From contig CP010424.1 in NCBI GenBank assembly GCA_000830275.1, forward strand, positions 420,001-452,000: DNA of 32,000 bases, read 5' to 3'. Positions 7,563-16,361 of the stretch are shown here, piece by piece. Source of the DNA: an archaeon GW2011_AR10 (GTDB lineage: Archaea > Iainarchaeota > Iainarchaeia > Iainarchaeales > GW2011-AR10). Under the pieces are notes generated by a model. That model ran no database searches and had not been told where the DNA came from. It saw only the letters and a list, made by a program, of their open reading frames with translations. The translations under genes were made by a program, and so were the position numbers. Position 1 is the first letter of the stretch. Each line of letters starts with the position of its first letter.

Positions 7563-8033
7563 ATGAAAAGAAAATACCCCGGGTTGTTTCGAGGCTGCCT
7601 TGACATAAGCGGTAAAGGAGAGGTGAGAGGGAACGGGCTTTTTCACATGAGAACTAATGATCTTAGGGCAAGCCAGGTTATTACGGGGTGGAAGACAAAC
7701 GCGAGGCTTTACTGGAATTTGGGGGGGAGAATTTTGCGGGCCAGAATTGAGCCAGGCTATTACACTTATCATGAAGACCGGAAAGCGCATATAAGGAAGC
7801 TTATTGAGGAAACATTTCAAATTGCGAAAGAACGCGGGATAAAAACTGTTTTCTTTGACGGCATTGAACTTGGCCCAAAACAGCTTGAAGGTTTAGGGCT
7901 TGAACTAATTGGCAGGAAAAAAATCGAGGGGGAAACCGGGATTTTTGCCCACATAATCCACACCGGCGAGCATTTTGGGCAGCGAAGCCACAAGGCAGAA
8001 ATTGTTCTGTATTATTACAAAAAGGGGCTTTAA
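7563..8033 (+). CDS. hypothetical protein (156 aa)
   Basis: ATG lies 5 nt after the upstream stop. No family recognised. The C-terminal half (RKAHIRKLIEETFQIAKERGIKTVFFDGIELGPKQLEGLGLELIG) is vaguely GNAT-like but lacks the Q/RxxGxG/A motif. Confidence 0.5.
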   Translation: MKRKYPGLFRGCLDISGKGEVRGNGLFHMRTNDLRASQVITGWKTNARLYWNLGGRILRARIEPGYYTYHEDRKAHIRKLIEETFQIAKERGIKTVFFDGIELGPKQLEGLGLELIGRKKIEGETGIFAHIIHTGEHFGQRSHKAEIVLYYYKKGL

Positions 8034-8041
8034 AGGCAGAG

Positions 8042-8323
8042 TTAAGCCACTAGTTCTATTTTTTTCATCCTCTTTGGGATTACAAAGTAGTGCTTGGTTT
8101 TGCAGGCAGCGCATTCAGCAACAAATGTGGGCTTCTTGTTCTGCTTTTTTACAGTGGCAGTGAACTCCGCTTTTCCGCCATAGCCTTTCTTGTGCTTTCT
8201 AATATTCTCCCTCGTGCCCCAGGACATAGCTCTTGCTTTTCCGGGCTTGAACTGCTTGAGCTTCTGCGAGGTATGCGAATTGCACTTCTTGCAGTAGTCC
8301 TGAACTTCTTTAGGTAGATTCAC
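8042..8323 (-). CDS. rpl44e: 50S ribosomal protein eL42 (L44e)
   Basis: YCKKCNSHTSQKL...GKARAMSWGTRENIRKHKKGYGGK...ECAACKTKH is the eL42 zinc-ribbon pattern. GTG start with GGTG upstream. Confidence 0.9.
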   Translation of the reverse strand: MNLPKEVQDYCKKCNSHTSQKLKQFKPGKARAMSWGTRENIRKHKKGYGGKAEFTATVKKQNKKPTFVAECAACKTKHYFVIPKRMKKIELVA

Positions 8324-8448
8324 TTAAAACACCAAAAAACAGGGGTATTTTTCATATTGAAGTAGTTCTGGAACCTTTTTAATCCTTTTGGAAAGCCGGG
8401 AAAATAATAATCATAAGCTATAATAAGGAGAAAGCAATTCATAATATC

Positions 8449-9249
8449 ATGTTTTCTGCGCTGGTGCAGGGATTAAAAGACCTGGCTTTAAAGCCATCTA
8501 TTCTGCTTCCTGCAATTGTTTTCGTGCTGTTCAACGCGGTTCTGGCTGCCTTAAGCCAGGACACCATATTAGAGTTCTTTTACAACGTGATTTTCCTTGA
8601 GCAGCTGCCTTACGCCACGAATTGGGTGGAATTTTTTTACTTTTTTGTAATGATTTATTTCTGGCAGTTGCTTGCACTGGCACTGGTGCTATTTTTGGCT
8701 TACACCGCCAGCTTCTGGATGGCTTTTTCCTACAGCGCCTTCGTGAAAAACAAGGGAAAAACAGGGGCTGTTGCAAGCTCAACTCATGCGCTCTCAAGGA
8801 TTGGAAGCGCTGTAAGCCTTGCAGTTTTTTTCGGCATTGTGACACTGCTTTACGGCTTTCTGCTCATGGTTTTCTTTCTTTTAACCAGCCTGCCGGGGGA
8901 AAACATTGTGGGAGGATTAGGCCTGCTGCTCTTCCTGCTGTGGCTGGTTTTTGGCGTTTACCTCTTAGTGAAACTGCTTTTCCTCCCTTACATAGTTGGA
9001 GTGGAAGAATCCAAAACCAAGAATGCGGTGGAAAAGGCATGGCAGTGGAGTGGAAAGCACTTTTTTGGCATAATTGTTGTTTCACTAATAGTGGGCATTA
9101 TTGCTAATGTCATTGCCTTGGCTGGTTCGGCTTTAAGCGACTTTTTCGGGGAAAGCTTGGTTGCAGTTGCCGTGGTTGCACTGTTTGTTTCTGTTTCAGT
9201 GGCTTACTCTAACCTTGTTTTCGCGCACTATTATAATTCCACCCGCTAA
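8449..9249 (+). CDS. polytopic membrane protein, unknown function
   Basis: 266 aa with about 6 hydrophobic helices. No motif recognised. Confidence 0.65.
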   Translation: MFSALVQGLKDLALKPSILLPAIVFVLFNAVLAALSQDTILEFFYNVIFLEQLPYATNWVEFFYFFVMIYFWQLLALALVLFLAYTASFWMAFSYSAFVKNKGKTGAVASSTHALSRIGSAVSLAVFFGIVTLLYGFLLMVFFLLTSLPGENIVGGLGLLLFLLWLVFGVYLLVKLLFLPYIVGVEESKTKNAVEKAWQWSGKHFFGIIVVSLIVGIIANVIALAGSALSDFFGESLVAVAVVALFVSVSVAYSNLVFAHYYNSTR

Positions 9250-9309
9250 GAAATTTCATATTAAAAACCTAACATTCAAAGAAAATTAATAGGGCCTTAA
9301 AGTGAAAAA

Positions 9310-12300
9310 ATGCTGCGAGTAAACAAACTGCTGCTGAAGAATTTCAAGTCGTTCAAGAAGGCTGAAATACCCTTTCACGAGGGTTTCACAGCAATTGCCG
9401 GAGCGAATGCAAGCGGAAAATGTGTAGTTGGAGAAACGCGGATTCTCCTGCCCACAGGCGAAAGCAAGAAAATCAGGGAAATTGTGGAAGAAAACATTGA
9501 AAAGGCAAACAAAAAGCAGTTCCTTGAGGACGGCATAATCGGTTTTGTGGAGGACCCTAAACTTAAAGTAATCAGCCTCAATCCGCATACGCTTAAGGCA
9601 GAGGAAAGAATGGTAAGCGCAGTTGTGCAGAGGCTTTGCCCTGAACGATTGCTGAAAATAAAAACTAGAACAGGAAATGAAGTGACAACCACTGATTACC
9701 ATCCGTTCTTCAGCATCAACGAAAACGGGGTTTATTCGCTGCAGGCAAAAGACCTGAAAGAGGGGATTTTCATTGCTCTGCCTAGGGATTCCAGCGTGAA
9801 CAATGCAAAGAGCACTTTTTTCATTGAATTCCTGGAAGAGTTTGAGGCAAAAGACAATGTTTACGTGCCTTTTAATGAAAAATACCTGGAGCTGCTTGAC
9901 GATTACATTAAAATCACCCGGTGCTCCTTGAAAGAAACAGCGAGAAAGTTTGGCGTGCCGGTAATGGCATTGAAGGGATTGAAAAGCAAGCAGGCAATCA
10001 ATTTTGCGCACCTCGTAAAAATACTGGTGTTTTTGGGTTTTGAGCCGGAAATGATTGCGGAATTAATCCCGAAAGTAAAAGGAAAAACGCACAACATCGA
10101 AACCAAAATGGTTTGGAGAAACTCAAAAGAATTTTCAAGGTTATTGGGGTACATTTTTGCTGAAGGAAGCGTGTCAGGAAAAAACATCAGGGTTGTCAGC
10201 AAAACACCTGAAATTGTTGAGGATATTAAAAACATGTCCAAAAAAATTTTCGGGCTGGATGCAAAGGTATACAAATACAAGAACAAGGCATTTGACATCA
10301 TCCTGTACTCGCATGCGGTTTACAGGATTTTTTCAAAATTCGGGCTCGCAGAGGGGAAAAACGCAAAATCAAAAAAAATACACTGCATATTTTTCAGGCA
10401 CTCAAACAAAGCGGAATTCGCTGCCTTTTTGGATGGGTATTTATCCGGAGACGGATTTGTTTCAAAAAGCGTTATAAGCAGTACAACTGCAAGCGAGCAA
10501 CTTTCCAGAAACATTGAGGACATTTACCTTTCACTCGGAATAGTCGCACGGCGCAGAAAAATCACCAAAACAATCAAGGCAACAAGCTTCCGGGGAAATT
10601 ATTGGGAAGTGGTTGTAAGCGGCTACTCAAACATTCAGACATTTGCTGAGGAAATAACCCTTACGAACAAGTTCAAGATAAAAAGGGTTCATGAGCTTGC
10701 AAAAAATGGAAAGCACACTAACACGGATGTTATCCCAAACATAAACGGGTTAATCAAAAAGGCATGCCTGGAAGAAGAAGTAAAGTACGCGATAAAGAAG
10801 AATAAAAACATAAAACTTAAGTCTTACGCTGATTTTGCATGTTTTCCAAGCAGGCATGGCCTCCAAGAAGCAATGGAGCAGGAATTTGCAGGAAAACAAT
10901 CACAAAAAACGGTTCTACTGAACTCACTGGCACACTCTGATGTTTTTTGGGATTCAATCTTGTCAATTGAGGAAGTTGAAAAGAAACCGAAATATGTTTA
11001 TGACTTGTGTGTTGATTACTCGCACAATTTCATTGCAAACAACATTTTTGTGCACAATAGCAATGTTCTTGACTCACTGCTTTTTGTTTTCGGCATAACC
11101 AGCCTGAAAATGCTGCGCGCCTCAAAGCTCACTGAATTGGTCAACCATGATTCAAAGGAAGACTACGCCAAGGTTGAAGTGGAGCTGCAGGATGGTGAAA
11201 AAACCTGGCAGATTTCTAGGACCATTGACACTCGCGGCCAGTCAGTGGTTAGGCTGGATGGCAGAAAGAAGGGCCTAAACGAGGTTACTTCCCTGCTTCA
11301 AGAGCTGGGGGTAAAGGCTACAGGCCACAACATTGTGGTGCAGGGCGACATCACCAGGATTATTGAGATGAGCCCAAAGCAGCGCAGGGAAATAATTGAC
11401 GAAATAGCAGGGTTGGCTGAATTCGAGGAAAAGAAAGTGGAGGCATTGAATAAGCTTGAGAAAGTTGAGGAAAGAATAAAGGACGCCAACATTGTCCTTA
11501 ATGAGAGGCAGGCATACCTTGAAGAACTGGAAAAGGAAAAAGCAGCTGCCTCGCGATTCAATGAACTCACTGAAAAGCTCAGGAAAAGCAAGGCAACAAT
11601 TCTCTTCGAGGAGAGCAGGAGGTTAAGGGAAGAACTGGGAAAAGCCGAGAAAGCCATTGATGCTGCGCGGCAAGAAATACAGAGGCAGGAAACAAAGCGC
11701 CAGGAGCTGCTGGAGCAAGAGAAAGCCGCGGAGGAAAAAATCGAGGAACTAACCAACAGGCTCATTAAGCTGAACGAAAAAACTTATTCAACCATTGGAA
11801 AAGAGGTTGAAGAGAAGAGGTCTGAGAGCAGAATCCTGAGGGACAGACTGGAACAGAAAAAACTCTCAATTGAAAGCCACTCGAATGTTCTCTCAAAACT
11901 GAAGGCTGAAGCGTCTTCGCTTAAAGAGGAAATGGAAGTAAAGGAAAAGCTTGCTGCCGGCACAAAAGAAAAAATTGTGGCCTTGGAGCAAAGCTTGAAG
12001 GAACTAGGCCGGGAAAAAGAAGCTGTCACTGCAAGGATTTCACCTAAAGACAGGGAAGTAAAAGCAAAAGAGAAAGAGCTGAGAGGAATTGAGAGCAGCA
12101 TCTCTGAACTCAAGGAACTGCTTTTTGAGAAAAGGATTTCGCTGGAAAAGCACTCAAAGGAGAAAGAAGTCCTAAACAGGAAACTCTCAGAGCTTGGAGA
12201 GGAAAAAAAGCAGCTTGAGGCACGGCTGGAGGAAAAGAAAAAACTTGAAAAGCAGATGCAGGGCTTTACTGACCTAAACCCCCAGAAAGTGCTTGAACTG

Positions 12301-13926
12301 CATGAAAAAAAAATTGAAAGAATTATGGAGGACCTCCATTTTGAAAGGGGGCAAACCGGGCACCTGAAAGATTCTGTAAACTCGCTTAAGGGCATTAAAG
12401 CAAAGTGCCCTGTATGTGATCAGAGCATTGACAGGAAAACAGTTGAGCAGCTGATAAAGGCGAGAGACGAAAATATAAGGAACCTTTCAAAGAGCATTGA
12501 AAAAAAGCAAAGCGAGAGAGAGCTTTTAGGCAGGCAGAAGGCCGAAGCGCTTCATAACCTGCACTTGCTGAGCGAGCTAAAGGGAAAGCTGAATGCATTT
12601 GAGGCAGTGGATGAAAGGTTCAGGGAAAAAAGCAGGGCAATTATTGAACTCAAGGAAAAGCTTTCAGGAATCGGCACAGAAAAGTTTTCTGCGGAAATAA
12701 AAGCGATTGAGTCAAAAATTTCTAGGCTGGCAGAACAGAAAGGCGCGCTGGACAAACAGCTGTTTGCCTCCAAGGAATCGTTTGCGGAAAGCAACCTTGA
12801 CGAACTGCTTGGAAAAATTGATGCCCTGAACGCTGAAAAGTCACGCAATGAAACAACACTTGCAAGGCTTGAAAGCGAGCTATTGCACGGCATTGAAAGA
12901 AGGCTGAAAGAAATTGAAAGGGAAAAAAAGGAAAGAGAAGAGCAGAACTCGTCTTTGCACAGGGAATTGAATGAGAGCCAAAAAAAACTGGCTGAACTTG
13001 AAGGGGAGCTGAGCGTAAAGGAAGCTGAAATGAGGAAGGCAGAGTCATCCAGCAAGCTGTTGGAGGAAGAAAAGCTTAGACTCCAGACAAGGCTCGTAAA
13101 TATTGAGGAAAAATCCAATTCAGTTGAAGCAAAGATTTCAAAGGTGGAAAAAGAAATCAACGAGCTTAATCTCGGCAAGTCAAAGAACGAAGTCAGGCTG
13201 TCAGACTTAGAGGAAGAACAGAAAGCGTTTGGGGAAATACAGCCATTCAAATCCTACAACCTTCAGGAACTAAGGCAAGGAATTCCTGCAATAGAGAAAG
13301 AAATTTCATCGCTCGGCGCAATCAACATGAAGGCGCTGGAAAGGTTTGGCGAGTTAAGCAAGGAAGTAAGCGAGATGCGGGAAAAAGTAAGCAAGCTTGA
13401 CGAGGAAAGGCAGGCAGTTGCTGAAATGATTGACAAAATAGAGTTAAAGAAATTGAATGTTTTCATGCAGTGCTTTGAGCAGATAAGCAAAAAATTTTCA
13501 GACCTTTACTACCTGTTTTTTGAGGGAGAGGGAAAACTGGAGTTAAGCAGCAAGGAAGAGCCACTGGAAGGAGGCCTGCTGATTCAGGCAAAGTACAAGG
13601 AGGACAAAATGAAGAGCATTGACGCAATGAGTGGCGGGGAAAAAACCTTAACCGCGCTGGCATTTCTGTTTGCGATTCAATCCTTTGAGGCAGCCCCATT
13701 CTACATTTTTGATGAAGCTGATGCAGCGCTTGACAAGGAGAATTCATTGAAGCTTGCAAGAATGATAAAGGAAGTAAGCAAGACCTCACAGTTCATTGCA
13801 ATAACCCACAATGATGCGATAATAAAGGCAGCTGACCAAATAATCGGGGTTGCATTAAACCAGCAGAAGAGTTCAGTCATAGGGTTAAGGCTGAAAGAAA
13901 GGGCAGCTACCGCTTCAAACACTTAA
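9310..13926 (+). CDS. smc: SMC-like chromosome ATPase precursor (intein-containing); 992 aa after splicing
   Basis: - Walker A GANASGK|S is split by the intein.
- Q-loop region: VVQGDITRIIEMSPKQRREIIDEIAGLAEFEEKK.
- Signature motif: MSGGEKTLTALAFLFAIQ.
- Walker B: PFYIFDEADAALD.
- H-loop: QFIAITHN.
- Long Glu/Lys/Leu coiled coils, with a central CPVC motif rather than a hinge. Confidence 0.9.
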   Translation: MLRVNKLLLKNFKSFKKAEIPFHEGFTAIAGANASGKCVVGETRILLPTGESKKIREIVEENIEKANKKQFLEDGIIGFVEDPKLKVISLNPHTLKAEERMVSAVVQRLCPERLLKIKTRTGNEVTTTDYHPFFSINENGVYSLQAKDLKEGIFIALPRDSSVNNAKSTFFIEFLEEFEAKDNVYVPFNEKYLELLDDYIKITRCSLKETARKFGVPVMALKGLKSKQAINFAHLVKILVFLGFEPEMIAELIPKVKGKTHNIETKMVWRNSKEFSRLLGYIFAEGSVSGKNIRVVSKTPEIVEDIKNMSKKIFGLDAKVYKYKNKAFDIILYSHAVYRIFSKFGLAEGKNAKSKKIHCIFFRHSNKAEFAAFLDGYLSGDGFVSKSVISSTTASEQLSRNIEDIYLSLGIVARRRKITKTIKATSFRGNYWEVVVSGYSNIQTFAEEITLTNKFKIKRVHELAKNGKHTNTDVIPNINGLIKKACLEEEVKYAIKKNKNIKLKSYADFACFPSRHGLQEAMEQEFAGKQSQKTVLLNSLAHSDVFWDSILSIEEVEKKPKYVYDLCVDYSHNFIANNIFVHNSNVLDSLLFVFGITSLKMLRASKLTELVNHDSKEDYAKVEVELQDGEKTWQISRTIDTRGQSVVRLDGRKKGLNEVTSLLQELGVKATGHNIVVQGDITRIIEMSPKQRREIIDEIAGLAEFEEKKVEALNKLEKVEERIKDANIVLNERQAYLEELEKEKAAASRFNELTEKLRKSKATILFEESRRLREELGKAEKAIDAARQEIQRQETKRQELLEQEKAAEEKIEELTNRLIKLNEKTYSTIGKEVEEKRSESRILRDRLEQKKLSIESHSNVLSKLKAEASSLKEEMEVKEKLAAGTKEKIVALEQSLKELGREKEAVTARISPKDREVKAKEKELRGIESSISELKELLFEKRISLEKHSKEKEVLNRKLSELGEEKKQLEARLEEKKKLEKQMQGFTDLNPQKVLELHEKKIERIMEDLHFERGQTGHLKDSVNSLKGIKAKCPVCDQSIDRKTVEQLIKARDENIRNLSKSIEKKQSERELLGRQKAEALHNLHLLSELKGKLNAFEAVDERFREKSRAIIELKEKLSGIGTEKFSAEIKAIESKISRLAEQKGALDKQLFASKESFAESNLDELLGKIDALNAEKSRNETTLARLESELLHGIERRLKEIEREKKEREEQNSSLHRELNESQKKLAELEGELSVKEAEMRKAESSSKLLEEEKLRLQTRLVNIEEKSNSVEAKISKVEKEINELNLGKSKNEVRLSDLEEEQKAFGEIQPFKSYNLQELRQGIPAIEKEISSLGAINMKALERFGELSKEVSEMREKVSKLDEERQAVAEMIDKIELKKLNVFMQCFEQISKKFSDLYYLFFEGEGKLELSSKEEPLEGGLLIQAKYKEDKMKSIDAMSGGEKTLTALAFLFAIQSFEAAPFYIFDEADAALDKENSLKLARMIKEVSKTSQFIAITHNDAIIKAADQIIGVALNQQKSSVIGLRLKERAATASNT
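9421..11058 (+). mobile_element. 546-aa intein with a LAGLIDADG homing-endonuclease domain, inserted in the SMC P-loop
   Basis: - Block A: Cys1 in CVVGETRILLPTGE.
- Block B: TxxH in EVTTTDYHPFF.
- LAGLIDADG motifs: LLGYIFAEGSV and FLDGYLSGDGFV.
- C-terminal block: VYDLCVDYSHNFIANNIFVHN, followed by +1 Ser.
- The flanks rejoin to GANASGK-SNVLDSLLFVFG. Confidence 0.9.
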
Positions 13927-13955
13927 AGGCACAAGATTTCCCGTTCACAGGGCAA

Positions 13956-14984
13956 CTATTCCTCGAAAAGAACCTCGATAACTGCATTGCTTTTGAGGTC
14001 TGCAACGAATTTGTCGTACAATTCTTCTTTTTTCCTTTCACCCAAAACGCCTTGAATATCTTCCTTGAAATCCTCAAACGTTTCTTTTTTGTCAGTTACT
14101 TTAATTATGTGGAAACCAAAAGATGTTTGAACGGGTTCGGACAACTGGTTGAGGTCCAGCGCGAATGCCGCATCCTCAAATTCCTTAACCATTGCCCCTC
14201 TTCCAAAATAGCCAAGGTCGCCTCCAAGAGCACCTGATGCAGTGTCAGTTGACTGCTTTACTGCAAGCTCAGAAAAATCAGCGCCCTCTTTTAGCTGCCC
14301 TAAAATCTGCTGGGCTTCTTCCTCTGTTTCAAGGAGAATGTGGCTTGCCCTTATCTGAACAATGCTGTCTTTGTTTTCCTCAAAGAATGCTCTTGCCTCT
14401 TCTTCTGATATTGGAATGTCTTTGAATAAAACGTCATCAAGGAGTTTCTGCACTGTGAGATATTCATTTACGGCTTCAACAAGTTCTTCTTCAGTAGTTG
14501 TTCCTGACTCAAGAAGTGCCTGAATGTTCTCTTGCTCTTCACTCCAGAACTCATCAAACTCCTGCTGGGAAACCGAAATTCCATTTTTTTTAGCTTCACT
14601 TAGAAGCAAGGCGTTCTCAATTAGCCCCTCCAAAACAAACGACTTGGAAACCTGGCTTTTCAAGTAATCAGGCACTGCAGCATACCTTTCCTCAACATCT
14701 GACACATAAATTATTTCACCGTTCACAATTGCTGCAACCGCATTGTTGTCGGATAAGGCTGGCTCGGAACTGAAGTTTTGGTCCACTGAACCATCAGAAG
14801 CAGTCAATGCAATCCCCTGGTTGTCCGGCAAAACCACGTTTCCGGCTTGATTGCCAGAAGAGTTGAACAAAACCAAAAATGCGATAAGCGCAACCACCAG
14901 CAAAGCAGCACCAAAAAAAACCGCTTTTTTGGGAATTGCTATTTTATCATCAACAGATGGGGCCACTAAAAGAATGGCTAGCAA
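13956..14984 (-). CDS. membrane-anchored parvulin-type peptidyl-prolyl isomerase (PrsA/SurA-like)
   Basis: N-terminal TM anchor (AVFFGAALLVVALIAFLVLF). Parvulin domain ASHILLETEEEAQQILGQLKEGADFSELA...GGDLGYFGRGAMVKEFEDAAF...FGFHIIKV. TTG start; the exact start is uncertain. Confidence 0.85.
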   Translation of the reverse strand: MLAILLVAPSVDDKIAIPKKAVFFGAALLVVALIAFLVLFNSSGNQAGNVVLPDNQGIALTASDGSVDQNFSSEPALSDNNAVAAIVNGEIIYVSDVEERYAAVPDYLKSQVSKSFVLEGLIENALLLSEAKKNGISVSQQEFDEFWSEEQENIQALLESGTTTEEELVEAVNEYLTVQKLLDDVLFKDIPISEEEARAFFEENKDSIVQIRASHILLETEEEAQQILGQLKEGADFSELAVKQSTDTASGALGGDLGYFGRGAMVKEFEDAAFALDLNQLSEPVQTSFGFHIIKVTDKKETFEDFKEDIQGVLGERKKEELYDKFVADLKSNAVIEVLFEE

Positions 14985-15051
14985 AAGGTATTTATTTGTT
15001 TCTCGGAAAGGAAAGCAAAAACAGATTATGCGGATTAAGAAACGACAATTT

Positions 15052-15849
15052 TTAAATTGGCACTAGCCCAGACAAAAAAACACCAATACCAAATGAAATT
15101 ATTGCTGTCAGGCCGCCTATTAACAGCATTTCAATTCCTGCTTCAAGCCAGTTCTTTGCTATTACGAGAGAGCGGAGCGAGCCAACTGCAAAAATTGTTA
15201 TAAATGTAAGGGCAAGCGCAATTGGAAAAGCCAAACTATTTTCGATTGGATAAAAAACTGAAAACACGAAAACCATCAAAGGCACAAACCCGGCTATCAG
15301 GAAAGCAAAGTAGGTGTAGGCTCCGGCCTTTAAGGGGCTTTTCTGTGCAGGAATCATGCCCAGCTCCTCAACCATCATCGTGTCAACCCAGACGCTTTTC
15401 TTGGAGGTAATCAGTCCAACAAGCTGTTCAAGCGTTTGACCGCTGAATCCTTTCCTCCTGTAAATTTGCCGTATCTCTTCGACTTCTCCCTCAGGGTAAT
15501 TTTCAACCTCCCAAGCCTCTCTTTCCCTTTCCCTTTTGAAGTAATCCTGCTCTGACTTCATTGAAAGATAGTTGCCTGCAGCCATTGACAAGCCGTCAGC
15601 CAAAAGGTTAGCGAATCCAAGGATTATTATGATGCCTGCACTTAACCCAGCGCCGGCAGCGCCAGCCACAACAGCAAAAGTAGTTACTATCCCATCCAAG
15701 GCACCGTAAACCATGTCCCCAACATAGTCTCCGTGCCCTTCCTGTGCCTGCTCTTCATCAAATGCTTTATGCGAGTGGGCTTTTTTTGTTTCCTCAAGGC
15801 TTCTCTTGCTGTAAGCCAGCCTTGCTTTCTGCACCCGATTAGTGAGCAT
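15052..15849 (-). CDS. VIT1/CCC1-family iron/manganese transporter
   Basis: DMVYGALDGIVTTFAVVAGAAGAGLS and LGFANLLADGLSMAAGNYLSMKSE motifs. C-terminal TM bundle. Confidence 0.85.
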   Translation of the reverse strand: MLTNRVQKARLAYSKRSLEETKKAHSHKAFDEEQAQEGHGDYVGDMVYGALDGIVTTFAVVAGAAGAGLSAGIIIILGFANLLADGLSMAAGNYLSMKSEQDYFKREREREAWEVENYPEGEVEEIRQIYRRKGFSGQTLEQLVGLITSKKSVWVDTMMVEELGMIPAQKSPLKAGAYTYFAFLIAGFVPLMVFVFSVFYPIENSLAFPIALALTFITIFAVGSLRSLVIAKNWLEAGIEMLLIGGLTAIISFGIGVFLSGLVPI

Positions 15850-15920
15850 AAGAATATTGGCAGGAAAGAAAATTTAAATGTAGGCTCATGACATTAAATG
15901 CAGCGGATTTCTTTTGGTTT

Positions 15921-16325
15921 CTAATCTTTTCTGCCAAAAATCTTTTTCAAGTAAAGTATTGCAAACACTATAACCGCGGCAGAAACAGCTGCAAGATAAT
16001 AACCTATTCCTATTGCAATGCCAGCTGCCGCCAAAACCCACAAGTCAGCTGCAGTTGTTAGGCCTCTAACCCTGTTCTCTGAGCGAAAAATTGTTCCAGC
16101 TCCAAGGAAGCCTATGCCAGTAACAACTCCTGCAGCAATCCTGCTTGTGTCTGAAGCTCCAACAAACTGCGTTGAAACGATTGTGAAGAGAGTTGCACCA
16201 ATGCAAATTAGCATGTGTGTCCTAAGGCCGGCAGGCTCGTCATCTATTTCTCTTTCAAACCCGATTAGCGCACCTAACCCTGCAGCAAGCAAAAGCCTTA
16301 CAAAAAGGTCAAACTCTGAAAGCAT
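15921..16325 (-). CDS. MgtC/SapB-family membrane protein
   Basis: LLLAAGLGALIGFEREIDDEPAGLRTHMLICIGATLFT is the MgtC signature region. Confidence 0.85.
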   Translation of the reverse strand: MLSEFDLFVRLLLAAGLGALIGFEREIDDEPAGLRTHMLICIGATLFTIVSTQFVGASDTSRIAAGVVTGIGFLGAGTIFRSENRVRGLTTAADLWVLAAAGIAIGIGYYLAAVSAAVIVFAILYLKKIFGRKD

Positions 16326-16361
16326 TCAAAACAATTAGTGAAAAGTTGTTAATAAAGGTTT

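Noticed and set aside
8622-9107. 161-aa alternative-frame ORF, plus minus-strand ORFs, inside the 8449-9249 membrane-protein gene.
   Set aside because: The products are Arg/Cys/Gly-rich and non-protein-like. The 8449 frame gives a coherent multi-TM protein.
11298-13250. Several long minus-strand ORFs (155, 203, 232, 108 aa), Ser/Phe/Leu-rich, antisense to the SMC coiled coil.
   Set aside because: They are the expected mirror of GAA/AAG/CTT-rich coiled-coil codons. They are low-complexity, have no motifs, and are fully embedded in a strongly supported + strand gene.
9310-13926. Calling the long ATPase rad50 because of the CPVC hook and its ~990-aa spliced length.
   Set aside because: The head-domain motifs (QGDITRIIEMSP..., SGGEKTLTALAFLFAIQ, PFYIFDEADAALD) match SMC much better than Rad50 as I recall them. 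No mre11/herA/nurA gene is adjacent. It is kept as SMC-like with the hook flagged as a finding.
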